DNA of 61,146 nucleotides, the filler included, from Malassezia furfur (lineage: Eukaryota), in NCBI GenBank assembly GCA_052055015.1. It is 2 parts of 2 records of this genome, joined end to end, with 100 filler letters (N's around TTAATTAATTAA, not from the genome) between each part and the next. Parts side by side here need not be neighbours in the genome. Positions count along the whole stretch, not along the records: positions 30,640 to 61,146 come from JBQJIT010000101.1; 1 more part is not named here. The stretch is one strand, 5' to 3'. Every line of letters begins with the position of its first letter. The stretch's first letter is position 1. Shown piece by piece: positions 59,586 through 61,146 of this stretch. The notes beneath the pieces were generated by a model, which did not search any database, was not told the DNA's origin, and worked only from the letters and a program-made list of their open reading frames with translations. A program made the position numbers and the translations under genes.

Positions 59586-61146
59586 ATGCGCGGCGGCGTG
59601 CGGCGCTCCTGCGCGACGATGGGCGGCGGCGGAGCGCGCGTGGGCGACGCGCTCCCGGTGGCGGCCGGGCGCGAGACGATCGTGCAGCGCGTGCGTGAGC
59701 ACGACACTGTGATTTTGGTCGGTGAGACGGGTAGTGGTAAGACGACGCAGGTGCCTCAGTTCCTCTTTGACGCCGGCATCGTCGACGCGCACCGCAAGGC
59801 GATGATCGGGATTACGCAGCCGCGCCGCGTCGCTGCGACATCACTGGCGCGCCGTGTGGCTTCCGAAATGGGATGTGCCGACCCTGCGTCGCTTGCGCCG
59901 AAACACACGAGCGACAAGCCCGAGCATGTCGGCTACGCCGTGCGGTTCGACGACCGTACGAACCGCAACACGCGCATCAAGTTTCTCACCGACGGTATGC
60001 TCATCCGCGAGATTCTCGGCCCGATCGAGCTGCCGAGCGCGAGAGAGCCCAACAAGCTGCGTGGCAAGGGCGCGCTGCTCAAGCGGTACGGCGTGCTGAT
60101 CATTGACGAGGCGCACGAGCGGTCGCTGCGCACCGACCTCGTGCTCGGCCTCGTGCGCGAGATCCAGCGCGAGCGGCGGCGGCGTGTGGACGCGGGCGAG
60201 CCTGGCGCGCTTCCGCTCAAGGTTGTGATCATGAGTGCGACGATCGACGCCGAGCGTTTTGCGCGCTTCTTTGCGACGGAGCAGGCGCCGGACGTGCCGA
60301 TCCTGTACGTCGCGGGGCGGCAGCACGCCGTGCGCCTCTTCCATACCGAGGCGAGCTGCGAGGACTGGACGGACGCGGCGGTGCGTGCCGTGATGCAGAT
60401 CCACGTCACCAAGCCGCTGGGCGACGTCCTCGTGTTTGCCACGGGGCAGGAGGAGATCGAGTCGCTTGCGCAGTCGCTGCAGCTCTTTGCGTCGCAGCTC
60501 GACGCATGGGCGGCCGCCGAGGGGCGCACGGATGTGCCCGCGCTGCTCGTGCGCCCGCTGTATGCGGCGCTCGGCCCCGCAGCGTCGGCCGCCGTGTTTG
60601 CGCCGACGCCGCCCAACACGCGCAAGGTGGTGCTGGCGACCAACATTGCCGAGACGTCCATCACGATCCCCGGCGTGCGCTACGTCGTGGACTCGGGGCT
60701 CGTCAAGGAAAAAGTCTTTTCGCCGCAGACCGGCGTCGAGACGCTGCAGGTCCTGCCGATCACGCAGTCGTCGAGCGTGCAGCGCGCGGGCCGTGCGGGA
60801 CGTGAGGCGCCCGGCGAGTGCTACCGGCTGTACACCAAGGAGGCGTACGGGACGCTGCCCAAGGCGCCCGTGCCCGAGATCCACCGCACCGAGCTGTCTG
60901 GCGCGGCGCTGCAGCTGTACGCACTCGGCCTCGACCCGTTTGCGTTCGGCTGGCTCGATCCGCCGGACACGGCGCTGCTGCAGGAGGCGGCGCTGCATCT
61001 CGCCGAGCTTGGCGCGATCCATAGCGAGGCCGTGGGCGGCGCCAAGGTTGTGCGCCTCACGCCGCTGGGGCGCCAGCTCGCGCTGCTGCCCATCGTGCCG
61101 TCGTACGCGCGCCTGCTCGTTGCGGCCGCCGAGCGTGGGCCGGTGG
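59586..61146 (+). CDS. DEAH-box RNA helicase Dhr2/DHX33-like, runs off window (absent from supplied ORF track)
   Basis: Manual translation gives LPV…GETGSGKTTQVPQFL, TQPRRVAA, DEAHERSLRTD, MSAT, LATNIAETSITI, QRAGRAGRE. In-frame ATGs at 59586 and 59619. Confidence 0.88.
   Translation, partial: MRGGVRRSCATMGGGGARVGDALPVAAGRETIVQRVREHDTVILVGETGSGKTTQVPQFLFDAGIVDAHRKAMIGITQPRRVAATSLARRVASEMGCADPASLAPKHTSDKPEHVGYAVRFDDRTNRNTRIKFLTDGMLIREILGPIELPSAREPNKLRGKGALLKRYGVLIIDEAHERSLRTDLVLGLVREIQRERRRRVDAGEPGALPLKVVIMSATIDAERFARFFATEQAPDVPILYVAGRQHAVRLFHTEASCEDWTDAAVRAVMQIHVTKPLGDVLVFATGQEEIESLAQSLQLFASQLDAWAAAEGRTDVPALLVRPLYAALGPAASAAVFAPTPPNTRKVVLATNIAETSITIPGVRYVVDSGLVKEKVFSPQTGVETLQVLPITQSSSVQRAGRAGREAPGECYRLYTKEAYGTLPKAPVPEIHRTELSGAALQLYALGLDPFAFGWLDPPDTALLQEAALHLAELGAIHSEAVGGAKVVRLTPLGRQLALLPIVPSYARLLVAAAERGPV

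Overview
This is a eukaryotic, gene-dense, GC-rich fungal window. Gene content, compactness and intron style fit a Malassezia-like ustilaginomycete yeast (inference). It holds about 30 protein-coding genes, nearly all housekeeping: MAD1, a bZIP factor, TBCA, tRNase Z, PRP4 kinase, DBP2, APN2, QRI7, a SIM-RING protein, MRPL33, COQ2, an Ecl1-like protein, CMR1, a chitin deacetylase, HOS2, an SLC35 transporter, RSP5, a CAMK-like kinase, a ZCCHC10-like protein, HSP78, BCP1, PSR1, a YFH7-like kinase, MIX17, BMS1, SCC2, an amino-acid transporter, GEM1, a DUF1752 protein, HUL5 and a DHR2-like helicase. There is also one intron-containing tRNA-Gln(CTG) and two assembly gaps. Many supplied ORFs are fragments because the genes are split by very small GT-AG introns; I reconstructed 28 introns of 21-28 nt by hand. 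The main unannotated feature lies at 13.25-14.8 kb. It is an apparent spliced, ATG-free leader with three long introns that carry an snR190-like snoRNA, an unusually long U14 snoRNA, and a third, unidentified ~300-nt structured RNA with complementarity to the LSU rRNA peptidyl-transferase region. The third intron appears to splice directly onto the ATG of mitochondrial ribosomal protein MRPL33. All calls are by eye and from recalled family motifs; no database searches were run.
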